Of a stretch of 64,000 bases of DNA, positions 27,054 to 35,564 are shown piece after piece; positions within the stretch are counted from its first letter, which is position 1; each line of letters begins with the position of its first letter. Under the pieces are notes generated by a model. The model searched no databases. It saw nothing but the letters and a program-made list of their open reading frames with translations, and was not told where the DNA came from. This DNA comes from Desulfobacula sp. (GTDB taxonomy: Bacteria > Desulfobacterota > Desulfobacteria > Desulfobacterales > Desulfobacteraceae), in the NCBI GenBank assembly GCA_013792075.1, contig VMSR01000302.1:75-64074 (forward strand), written 5' to 3'. The position numbers were made by a program, and so were the translations under genes.

Positions 27054-28250
27054 TCACATGTGTCCGGAATCCTTGCCCGAAGCATACCCCGTCATTCCTG
27101 TCATGAACCGGACCAAGCCATAGCATAGCCAACTAACCATGCGCAGAAGAATGGGCTGGACTTTCCAGCTATTGGGTTGGATCTGATGTGCCCCGGCAGC
27201 AATAGACTTCTCCAGGCTGTATTTCAAGGTTCCGGCAAAATTTTTATCATCAACAACAACATTCGCCTCAAGTGCCAGCATCAGGCTGAACGGGTCAAGA
27301 TTCGAGGAGCCTACCGTGGACCATTGTTCATCGATCACAGCAACTTTGGCGTGCATGAGGCTCTTGTGATATTCATGGATTTGAATCCCGGCTTCCAGAA
27401 AACTGCCGTACAGGGCTTTCGAGGCATAATACAATAATCGATATTCCATCTTTCCCTGCAGGAGTAAAACCACCCTGACACCCCGCCCGGCCGCGTCCAT
27501 AAGCGCACGACGAAACTTTGATCCGGGGAAAAAATAGGCATTTGCTATGATGATTTCCAATTGTGACTGTTCAATCGCCTGCAGATAGGCACCTTCGATA
27601 TCACGTCGATGCCGGATATTATTGCGCACCAGAAAAGCTGCGCGCATGCTGCCCCTGGATTCGGGAAAAAAAGCTTGTCGGTCTTTGTCCCGGCCCCAGG
27701 GACTAAAACGGGTCCAGGTACTAAAACGGGACCAGGTCACCCGCGACCACAACCGACGGGTGGACGCGAGAATATCTCTGACCAGCGGCCCTTCCACATG
27801 TACAGCGTAGTCATACCGAGACGAGGTTTGATCCGGGAGATCAAAATCATCGACAATATTAATGCCTCCAACGAATGCAGATCTCTGATCTACAATCACA
27901 ATTTTTCGGTGCAATCGACGCAACCGCCGGCGCTGAAGTGTCCAGGGCGATATCTTGGGCCGGAACTTCATCAGCATCACACCGGCTGTATTAAGGGAAA
28001 CGGCCATGGTTTCCGGCAGATTGTCCGAACCGAATCCATCGATCAGCACGCGGGTCTTCACACCGCGCAACGCTGCCCGCCTGAGGGCTTCTGCAATACG
28101 TTGTCCGATGGTATCATTTTTAAAAATATAGCTTATCAGATAAATCTCATGCTCCGCCCTGTCCAACGCCGCTTCCATGACCGGGAAGTAGGTTTCGCCA
28201 TTCTGCAGCAGTGTGATCTGATTGTTAGGAACAAACCGGGTCCCAGCCAT
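27054..28250 (-). CDS. phospholipase D-family protein / cardiolipin synthase ClsB-like
   Basis: Two HKD motifs: LHRKIVIVDQRSAFVGGINI and MHAKVAVIDEQWSTVGSSNLD. The ATG at 28250 follows AAGGA. Confidence 0.85.
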   Translation of the reverse strand: MAGTRFVPNNQITLLQNGETYFPVMEAALDRAEHEIYLISYIFKNDTIGQRIAEALRRAALRGVKTRVLIDGFGSDNLPETMAVSLNTAGVMLMKFRPKISPWTLQRRRLRRLHRKIVIVDQRSAFVGGINIVDDFDLPDQTSSRYDYAVHVEGPLVRDILASTRRLWSRVTWSRFSTWTRFSPWGRDKDRQAFFPESRGSMRAAFLVRNNIRHRRDIEGAYLQAIEQSQLEIIIANAYFFPGSKFRRALMDAAGRGVRVVLLLQGKMEYRLLYYASKALYGSFLEAGIQIHEYHKSLMHAKVAVIDEQWSTVGSSNLDPFSLMLALEANVVVDDKNFAGTLKYSLEKSIAAGAHQIQPNSWKVQPILLRMVSWLCYGLVRFMTGMTGYASGKDSGHM

Positions 28251-28307
28251 TTTATCCTTTTTACCCACCAAAGGCCCTCATATGTTTTTCCATTTTTCAT
28301 ATACTCA

Positions 28308-28460
28308 TTATTTACAGGTATAGCCGCCGTCAATCACCAATTCAGTTCCAGTCATAAATTTTGATTCATCAGATACAAGTTAAAGTATTGCAAAAGTAAT
28401 ATCTATTGCTTCGCCAAGATGTCCAATCGGATGCGGGCTTCCCGTCTGATTCCTAATCGA
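28308..28460 (-). pseudogene. C-terminal fragment of a short-chain dehydrogenase/reductase (SDR)
   Basis: The minus strand reads ..SIRNQTGSPHPIGHLGEAIDITFAIL*LVSDESKFMTGTELVIDGGYTCK*. This is the conserved SDR C-terminus with one in-frame stop. No Rossmann-fold N-terminus is present upstream. Confidence 0.55.
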
Positions 28461-28483
28461 TTGTAGCGGCAATTTGCTCTAAT

Positions 28484-29863
28484 TCAACATTGCCAATCAT
28501 TTTCATAGCCACTTTTGGTCTGTTCCTCTTTTCCTGTGCACAAAACAGGTTCGGCTTCGAGCGCATCGCGCACGCGCGCCAGCCGTTTATCGATCCTCTC
28601 ACGGTCATGCGCTGACTCAAGGGTGCGTTCAGCCAGTTCAGTGATCCATAGCACTTGATCGCGAAGTGCCCATCGCCGGCCCGGGCCGGCAGTCAGACCG
28701 GCAATGGTTTGAAGCGCCCCGAGAATCCGCAACATGATAGCGACATTGCCTTTGGCGCTGCCTCGAATTTGATCGAACGATTCAGCCAGCAAGTCTTCAA
28801 AGGTTGGCCCCATGGTGAGCACCCTCAGTTCCCCTTTCTCGTAGCAGCGCGAGGCGGGTATTTGCCGAGGCGCAAGTCGCGCCAGAATGGCTGTCAGATA
28901 GTCCACGCACATTACGGCCGTCGTGGTGTCGTTGATGCTGGGGGAGAGTGCACGCAACGCCATGTCCACGATCTGTCGGATGCCGAAAGCAGAATCGTGT
29001 TCCACCGTGCGGTAACGGTTGATGCTGTATGCCGCCTGCAGATCGTCGATGATCTCTTTTTCCGGCGGGTCCTTAAGCGCAAGCGAGGCCAGCGTGGTGT
29101 CATGGACCACAAACGCACCGATACTTCGTTCCATCCGCACGATGGTCTGGTGCTCCCGCGCCAAACGAAGGAGTGCTGCGTTATCCACGTTTTGGATATA
29201 ACCATTCTTCCTGGCAGTGACTGCCTGCCAGCGTCTCTCCGGCAGGGGGAGCGGCGACTGATCCTCGTCGCCGTCAACCGATCCGTTTTCAGGCTTCTCT
29301 GGAAAATGCCGATCAATGGCCACTATGGTTTCGGCGGCAACCGAGGCTACAATGTTCGATGCCTGGATCGAAGAGGCGATGTGATGAATAAAAAAAATGA
29401 GGACGCTGATGCCGCCTATTGCCAGGACGACACTGAAAGACACTGCCAGGTTCGGAATAAACCCGCTCTCCTCGCCGCCGCGGATGGTGCGTAACACAAC
29501 CAGGCAATAGGTGAAAATACCAGTGAAGATTCCGAGTACGACCTGCGTGACGCGGTCACGCATGAAGTTCCGCAGAATGCGCGAGGTATACTGGCTCGAA
29601 GCCAGCGCCAGTGTTACCAAGGTCATCGAAAACGTGACCCCCACCACGGTAATCATTGAACCGGCAATTGTGGACAACATCCCGCGCGCGGCCTCCGCGC
29701 CGCCGCCAAACAGAAGCGGCCAGCGGGCCAGCCATTGGTCACTCCAGGTGGACCCCACTTCAACCAAAGCCACCGCGAGGGCGATGCTGACGGCAACAAT
29801 CAGCGAAGGTACAAACCAAAAGCTTGACCGCAGATTGCTCCAAATTTGCTTGAACTTATTCAT
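28484..29863 (-). CDS. DUF2254 domain-containing membrane protein
   Basis: From the ATG at 29863: MNKFKQIWSNLRSSFWFVPSLIVAVSIALAVALVEV. Four N-terminal TM helices are followed by a soluble domain, the usual DUF2254 layout. GC is visibly higher than in neighbouring genes. Confidence 0.75.
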   Translation of the reverse strand: MNKFKQIWSNLRSSFWFVPSLIVAVSIALAVALVEVGSTWSDQWLARWPLLFGGGAEAARGMLSTIAGSMITVVGVTFSMTLVTLALASSQYTSRILRNFMRDRVTQVVLGIFTGIFTYCLVVLRTIRGGEESGFIPNLAVSFSVVLAIGGISVLIFFIHHIASSIQASNIVASVAAETIVAIDRHFPEKPENGSVDGDEDQSPLPLPERRWQAVTARKNGYIQNVDNAALLRLAREHQTIVRMERSIGAFVVHDTTLASLALKDPPEKEIIDDLQAAYSINRYRTVEHDSAFGIRQIVDMALRALSPSINDTTTAVMCVDYLTAILARLAPRQIPASRCYEKGELRVLTMGPTFEDLLAESFDQIRGSAKGNVAIMLRILGALQTIAGLTAGPGRRWALRDQVLWITELAERTLESAHDRERIDKRLARVRDALEAEPVLCTGKEEQTKSGYENDWQC

Positions 29864-30161
29864 GGTCAGATCCCATTTCCAGTTCCTGAGTGTGAGAAAT
29901 TCGTACAATGGGCCATCCCCTGGGCTTTGATATCGGCTTTAAACGGAACGCTCCTTCAAAAACGTGCAAATCACGCTGTGATGGGATGGTGAACACTATG
30001 AAAATCTTTTGCAATATGTTTAACATTCATTGAAAGTTACTCCTATACTCCTTTCTGGTTTACGGTTGCATTCCATAAATCAATGACAGGCACTTCGGGA
30101 TGGTGGGGGCTGAAGCCAAAAATACTGAGCGCTGCTGTGCCGAGCGGAAATAGACCGGCTG

Positions 30162-30698
30162 TTACAACAGCCCGCCGCCCACCACCGGCACCCTCAGGTC
30201 GCTTGCTGCTTTGAGCTGATCACCGGTGACATTGCCGAGTCCTCCCGAATAGATGGGCAGGGTCTCGCTCAGCATGAATTCCAGGCTAAAATAGGCAACA
30301 CAGGTCAAAGGGCTTTTCGCATGATGCTGCTGAAACCAGGCCGGGGCATCCATTGCCTGCCGTCTGGTCTTAACCAAGTTATCGACGGTTTTACGGTAAA
30401 CAGGATCGGCCAGCACACTCTTGATCCGGTCACGCGAGACCGTCTGCAGGACAACCCAGGGGTTATGCGTGATTTCCCACAGTTCCGGATCAAGCTGCCG
30501 CCACACTTCGTCGGTGGAATGATCCCATGACCATTGCATATCCAGGGCCAGCTCAGCCAGGGAATCGAAACCCTCTATGTTTGCGGGGAGAAGATTATAT
30601 ATGGGATTGGTGACACGTTTTTGTTCGTTCATGGGTTCTCCTTTGATCATATGATCTATCCACACCCTATGGCTGTTTTTATATATTTCCGCTTTCAA
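30162..30698 (-). pseudogene. N-terminal fragment of an alpha-glucan phosphorylase (GlgP/GT35, DUF3417 N-domain)
   Basis: Reads LAELALDMQWSWDHSTDEVWRQLDPELWEITHNPWVVL...CVAYFSLEFMLSETLPIYSGGLGNVTGDQLKAASDLRVPVVGGGLL*. The stop falls where Tyr of GLLY is expected. Full-length enzymes are about 700-850 aa, and only about 170 aa are present before the next gene. Confidence 0.7.
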
Positions 30699-30737
30699 AT
30701 GGTTTTAGACATTTTCATTTACGGTTATGATGTGGAT

Positions 30738-32750
30738 TTATTTTGAGTGATCCTTTCTTGTGGCATATATGAAAATCCAGATTGCGAGGAGCAGGAACAT
30801 AATGAATGCTGCCAGATTGCTTTTTGCAATAACAGGGAATAGCGTGAGCCCAAAGGCAATATTTGTCCCAATGGCAGCGAATATCCCAATAACGATACCG
30901 ATCAGGGCGTCTCCGGCTACAAGTCCAGATGCCAGCAGTATGCCCTTTTCAACGGCCTTGTCCATTTCACTGTTTTTGCCTTTTTCTAACCCCGGGTCTT
31001 CCTTTGCTGTTTTGTCATCTCCTGCAGCCTTGTCCTTATCCCCAGGGGAGAGTTTCGTTTTCTTCTCCACAAGCTCCCTGACAATACCGCCTGCAAAGAT
31101 TCCAGCCGTCAAGCCGATGGGAAGGTAAATGCCGAGTGCCACCGCAAGGATCGGAATTCTGGCCATGAAGCAGAAGACCGCCAATGCTGCACCGATAAAT
31201 ACCAGGGTCCACGGTAGCTGGGCCGTCATGATGCCCTGGACGATCATTTTCATAAGTGTTGCCTGTGGTGCAGGAATGGCAACGTCTCCGATTCCGTAAG
31301 CCGAGTCCAATAAGATCAATGTTCCTGCCGCCGCCGCAGATGCGATTGAAAGCGAGAGAAACATGCCGAGTTGGATTTTTCTGGGCGTGCCACCGATGAT
31401 AAACGTCGTCTTAAGGCTTTGGGCTGCGCCGCCTGCTACGGCGATGGCGACACAAACGACACCGCCGACCATGAGTGCGGTCTCAATGCCGGGGTCACCG
31501 ACATTGCCCAAAAGTTTGAAAACGGTAGTGATGATCAGAAGTGTTGCAATGGTCATGCCGGATACGGGGTTGTTGGATGCGCCGACAAGGCCGACCATTC
31601 GGCCCGATACCACCGCAAAGAAAAAACTGAAAATGACGGCCAGCAATGATCCCACAAAACCGCCGCCGATGACCGGAACGAACCAGGTCAGCAGAAAACC
31701 CATTACCGCCGCCACAATGACCCAAGAGAGGGGCGTTTCAGTATTCATTCTGCTCGTATTTTCGGTTTTGCCCTTCTGCATTCCTGCAATCGCCTGTTTA
31801 AAGCTGTTTATGATGGTGGGAAGGGACTTTGCAAGAGATATGAATCCCCCGGTCGCAACGGCACCGGCACCGATATACCGGATATAACTGGACCAGATGT
31901 CAAATGCCCCCATTGCTGCAATGGGGATATCAGAGGGGAAAAGAGGCGCTGCCATTCCTGCACCGAAAAATTTAATGAGCGGGATAAGCCCCAGCCATGC
32001 GACAACAGAGCCGCCGAACATCAGAATGGACGTTTTTGTCCCGACAATGAAGCCAACGCCCATCAGAGACGCTACCGTATCTACACCGATCATGGTTCCC
32101 TGATAGGAATGGATGGTATAGGATGCGTTCTCGCCCCAGAATTTGAATCCACCGGAGAATATTTTATAAACAGCGCCAACGCCCATACCCAGAAGGACGG
32201 TCCTGAAGCCTTTTCCTCCCTCGCTTCCCGTAACCAGAACCTCTGCTGCCGCCATGGATTCGGGATAGACGAGATTGCCGTGCTCTTCAACAATCAGATA
32301 GCGTCTTACCAGGGTGATGAAGAATACGCCCATGAGGCCGCCGATGATTGTCACGATGATGACCGTCATGATGCTCAGGCCAAACCCAAGGAGTATCAGG
32401 GCAGGGAGAACAAAGATGATGCCGCCTGCAATGGACTCGCCCATGGCCGAAAGAGAGGCGACCATGTTTGCTTCCAGGATGTTGTTCCGTTTAAAAAGAC
32501 CTTTCAGAAGGCCGGTGGCAAGGATTGCACCGGGTATCCCGGCTGAGATGGTGAGACCGACCTTGAGGCCGAGGTAGGTGTTGGCAGCTGCAAATATAAG
32601 AGCGAAGAGGATGCCGATAATGATGGAATATCTCGTCATTTCAGGCATTGCTTCTGTCGCCGGGATATATGGCACATATTCGCTTCCGGGCGCACCGCCG
32701 TAAGCGGCTTTCGACAGCTCGTATTTTTTTGGGGTTGCTGGTTTTGCCAT
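30738..32750 (-). CDS. OPT-family oligopeptide transporter
   Basis: Polytopic ORF from the ATG at 32750. The N-terminus MAKPATPKK...RYSIIIGILFALIFAAANTYLGLKVGLTISAGIPGAILA is typical of bacterial OPT proteins. Confidence 0.8.
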   Translation of the reverse strand: MAKPATPKKYELSKAAYGGAPGSEYVPYIPATEAMPEMTRYSIIIGILFALIFAAANTYLGLKVGLTISAGIPGAILATGLLKGLFKRNNILEANMVASLSAMGESIAGGIIFVLPALILLGFGLSIMTVIIVTIIGGLMGVFFITLVRRYLIVEEHGNLVYPESMAAAEVLVTGSEGGKGFRTVLLGMGVGAVYKIFSGGFKFWGENASYTIHSYQGTMIGVDTVASLMGVGFIVGTKTSILMFGGSVVAWLGLIPLIKFFGAGMAAPLFPSDIPIAAMGAFDIWSSYIRYIGAGAVATGGFISLAKSLPTIINSFKQAIAGMQKGKTENTSRMNTETPLSWVIVAAVMGFLLTWFVPVIGGGFVGSLLAVIFSFFFAVVSGRMVGLVGASNNPVSGMTIATLLIITTVFKLLGNVGDPGIETALMVGGVVCVAIAVAGGAAQSLKTTFIIGGTPRKIQLGMFLSLSIASAAAAGTLILLDSAYGIGDVAIPAPQATLMKMIVQGIMTAQLPWTLVFIGAALAVFCFMARIPILAVALGIYLPIGLTAGIFAGGIVRELVEKKTKLSPGDKDKAAGDDKTAKEDPGLEKGKNSEMDKAVEKGILLASGLVAGDALIGIVIGIFAAIGTNIAFGLTLFPVIAKSNLAAFIMFLLLAIWIFIYATRKDHSK

Positions 32751-32764
32751 GATGATTTTCCTTC

Positions 32765-34204
32765 CTATTTTAATTTTGCAAGGACTGCTTTTAAAAAATC
32801 CCACATATTGGCCACCGAGCGGATGCTGAGATACTCAGCCGGTGTGTGGACATTAAAAAGGTTCGGCCCGAAACTGATCATGTCCGTCTTTGACAGTTTT
32901 TCCTTCAGCAGGCCGCATTCGAGTCCTGCATGAATGGCCCGGACAACCGCATCATTGCCCGAGACCTCTTTATAAACGCTGACGCACAGGTCTCGTATCT
33001 TTGAATCCGGTTCATACCGCCATGCAGGGTATTCACCCGTGCGGGAGCTTTTTGCGTTGACCCGCTTTGCCAGCGCTTCAAGCCCGCAGGTGATCTCTTC
33101 CCTGATGGAATTGACACTGCTTCTTACGGAAATAGTGAGCCGGATGGATTTGTCTGACTGCTCGAGCACACCGAAGTTAAGACTGCTTTCCACAAGATTT
33201 TCCAAATCCATGCTCATGGACTGAACACCGTTGGGGGCAATCAAAAGAAAGTCGATGATCTTTTGTGTGGAAATCGTGTCCAATTGTGTTGCAATCGTAT
33301 CAACAGAGGTAACCGTCACTTTGAGATCCGGATCCACTGCAGCATATTCCTTTTTCAGTTCCACGGACAGATCCTTCACAATGGCCTTGATCTTTTTGAG
33401 TACGGACGCTTCCCCGGCAATCGTCAACTGGGCAAGACTCGCGATTGCATTGTGTTTTGAGCCACCTGCGATTGAAGAAATATTCAATTCACCTTCTTTC
33501 CTGGCTGCATCCAGTATTCTTCCCAGAAGCTTGATCGCGTTTGCCCTTTGCTGGATGATCTCCAGGCCTGAGTGTCCGCCTTTCAAGCCGGAAATCTTGA
33601 TGAGAAGGGCTTTGCCGGAAGCTTTCATCCAATGGGTGTCGAATTCGATGATTGAAATCCGTCCACCTGCGCAACTGGTAAAAAAGACACCTTCTTCCTC
33701 TGCATCGATATTCAAAAGCGTCTTTCCGATGAGATGATTGGCTTTTAGCGAAGCCGCACCATACATACCGGTCTCTTCATCGGTTGTGACGAGAAGCTCG
33801 ACAGGCGGGTGGGGGATGTCATCTGAATCCAATATGGCCAGTCCGTATGCCACGCCAATGCCGTTATCCGCACCCAGTGTTGTGCCATTTGCCCGTAAAA
33901 AATCTCCATCAACCGTTAAAGATATCGGGTCCTTAGAAAAATCGTGACTGGAGTTTTCTAATTTCTCACAGACCATGTCCATATGTCCCTGGAGAATCAC
34001 CGCAGGAGAGTCTTCATATCCTTTTGTTCCGGGTTTTTTGATAATAACGTTTAGTTTTTTATCCTGAAAAACCGCTAACTTTCTTTTTTTTGCAAAATTG
34101 ACCAGGTAGTCACTCACCTGCTTTTCGTTTCCAGAGCATCTTGGAATTTTTGCCAGTTCTTCAAAATAATGAAATACTTGTTTTGGACTCAATTTTTTTT
34201 TCAT
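32765..34204 (-). CDS. pepD: aminoacyl-histidine dipeptidase (M20 family)
   Basis: 479-aa ORF. Motifs: FEELAKIPRCSGNEKQV, ILQGHMDMVCEK, TTLGADNGIGVAYGLAIL, LLVTTDEETGMYGA. Confidence 0.9.
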   Translation of the reverse strand: MKKKLSPKQVFHYFEELAKIPRCSGNEKQVSDYLVNFAKKRKLAVFQDKKLNVIIKKPGTKGYEDSPAVILQGHMDMVCEKLENSSHDFSKDPISLTVDGDFLRANGTTLGADNGIGVAYGLAILDSDDIPHPPVELLVTTDEETGMYGAASLKANHLIGKTLLNIDAEEEGVFFTSCAGGRISIIEFDTHWMKASGKALLIKISGLKGGHSGLEIIQQRANAIKLLGRILDAARKEGELNISSIAGGSKHNAIASLAQLTIAGEASVLKKIKAIVKDLSVELKKEYAAVDPDLKVTVTSVDTIATQLDTISTQKIIDFLLIAPNGVQSMSMDLENLVESSLNFGVLEQSDKSIRLTISVRSSVNSIREEITCGLEALAKRVNAKSSRTGEYPAWRYEPDSKIRDLCVSVYKEVSGNDAVVRAIHAGLECGLLKEKLSKTDMISFGPNLFNVHTPAEYLSIRSVANMWDFLKAVLAKLK

Positions 34205-34219
34205 CGGTCTCCCGCCTTT

Positions 34220-35005
34220 TCAATTAATCGTCATGTCGTTGGAAATGCTTTTTACGCCATGAACATCGTTCGCCAGTTTGCCGGCCAGATCCTTTTCAGC
34301 CGCATTGTTCACGATGCCTTCCAACTTGACCATGCCGGCATTTGTCGACACGATGATGTTAAGTGCGTTGGTTGAGCGATGATACAACAAGGTTGTCTTT
34401 ACCAGAGCCGTAATGGAGGCATCATCCATGGATTCTATGACAGTATCTGCTTTTCTGGCCGTCGTTAACTTGTCCGGCTTCATTTCTATAGGCTCGACAA
34501 TTATCTCATTGATAACATTTAAGACCCCTTCCACATCCATGGCGTATTCAGTCGTCAGGTCCTTTTGGGCTGTGCTGGATGCTTTACCGCGCAAGGTGAC
34601 AGCCCCATTTTCTGATAGAACTTGGGTTCCGATACCATTTACGTTTCGATGAAATAAAAGGGTGGCATTTATTTGGGTTATAATCCATGCATCCGAATGA
34701 ACAACAGGGAGTTCACCTTTTGTTCCAAGGAAGTTATCCAAGCTTTTAACACCTGGCAGATTTAGCACCATATCATTGGCCAGTAATTTTTGATATTCTT
34801 CGGAAACCTTCCCGGTCAAGGTGACAGCGCCGCTTTTTGACTGGATGTGGATGTTTTCATCCTTTAAGTAACGTTTGAATACATACGAATTTTTTATGGA
34901 TGATTCAATACGGTCATCAAAATCAGATGCGTACAGAACTTTGCCGGGTACACACAAAAAGGCAACAAGGCATATCTGTAACAAACCTTGCCGTATTTTT
35001 TTCAT
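34220..35005 (-). CDS. periplasmic 3xBON-domain protein (paralog of 9294-10094)
   Basis: 261-aa ORF. The signal peptide and most N-terminal positions are identical by eye to the 9294-10094 product. Confidence 0.85.
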   Translation of the reverse strand: MKKIRQGLLQICLVAFLCVPGKVLYASDFDDRIESSIKNSYVFKRYLKDENIHIQSKSGAVTLTGKVSEEYQKLLANDMVLNLPGVKSLDNFLGTKGELPVVHSDAWIITQINATLLFHRNVNGIGTQVLSENGAVTLRGKASSTAQKDLTTEYAMDVEGVLNVINEIIVEPIEMKPDKLTTARKADTVIESMDDASITALVKTTLLYHRSTNALNIIVSTNAGMVKLEGIVNNAAEKDLAGKLANDVHGVKSISNDMTIN

Positions 35006-35140
35006 GGTGTTTTCTCGCTTTCATTCTTGCGGTAATCTCTGAAATTTTATAAATCGTTGGAAACGATCTGATTAAAACCATTCATGTTTTTCCTGTCTCA
35101 TCGCTGTTCTCCCCGGTTTTATGAGAACGGGATTTTTTTT

Positions 35141-35290
35141 CTACAAAATTCTTCGGCCGGAAATGATTCGGATAAGCACGGTGATAACAGCAATCACCAG
35201 AAGGATATGGATAAATCCTCCCATGGTATAGCTGCTCACGAATCCCAGCACCCAAAGAATTACCAGCACTACTGCAATAGTCCACAACAT
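35141..35290 (-). CDS. lmo0937-family small membrane protein (second copy)
   Basis: Product from the ATG at 35290: MLWTIAVVLVILWVLGFVSSYTMGGFIHILLVIAVITVLIRIISGRRIL. Confidence 0.75.
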   Translation of the reverse strand: MLWTIAVVLVILWVLGFVSSYTMGGFIHILLVIAVITVLIRIISGRRIL

Positions 35291-35343
35291 GGTTTTCTCC
35301 TTATAGAGTGTGTAATTATGGTTCACGAATTATTTAAGTATAG

Positions 35344-35359
35344 TTCAATTTACGTGCCA
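35344..35359 (-). promoter_or_regulatory. sigma-54-type -24/-12 promoter-like element (copy 2)
   Basis: The minus strand reads TGGCACGTAAATTGAA, identical to 11195-11210. Confidence 0.55.
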
Positions 35360-35448
35360 GGCTTCCAATCTCCGGCTTATGATGCCACCCTGCGTTATCT
35401 GTAGGGATCTTATGCATAAAATTATTTTCAAGGGCTGCCGGTGAAAAA

Positions 35449-35489
35449 GGTCGAATCAGGTCACATACAGCCTTTGGTCATATGTGACC
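35449..35489. promoter_or_regulatory. candidate UAS: GGTCGAAT-N2-GGTCACAT-N9-GGTCATATGTGACC
   Basis: Located 90-130 bp upstream of 35344-35359. Same three-site layout as 11301-11341. Confidence 0.55.
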
Positions 35490-35564
35490 TGATTTTGATC
35501 TGATTCGGTTGACGACCTGACCAGAGGAAAAAACACATTCCGATAGGATTGCCGGACCTAATTG

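Larger units (their letters stand above)
34220..35490. repeat. segmental duplication, copy 2, with deletion scars replacing the DUF948 and YtxH genes
   Basis: The stretch 35066-35145 retains only short pieces. aaaaccattcatgttt matches 10463-10480 inside the DUF948 gene. catcgctgttctccccgg..gagaacgggatttttttt matches the YtxH 3' end at 10624-10671, joined directly to the lmo0937 stop. Confidence 0.8.

Noticed and set aside
27609-29494. 251-aa and 279-aa plus-strand ORFs (27609-28364, 28655-29494).
   Set aside because: They are antisense to the PLD/ClsB-like gene and the DUF2254 gene. Long open antisense frames are expected in GC-rich coding DNA.
29930-30161. 19-codon ORF (MNVKHIAKDFHSVHHPITA) with an AGGAG-like RBS on the minus strand, between the glgP stump and the DUF2254 gene.
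   Set aside because: It is too short and featureless to support. It is probably chance within decayed DNA.
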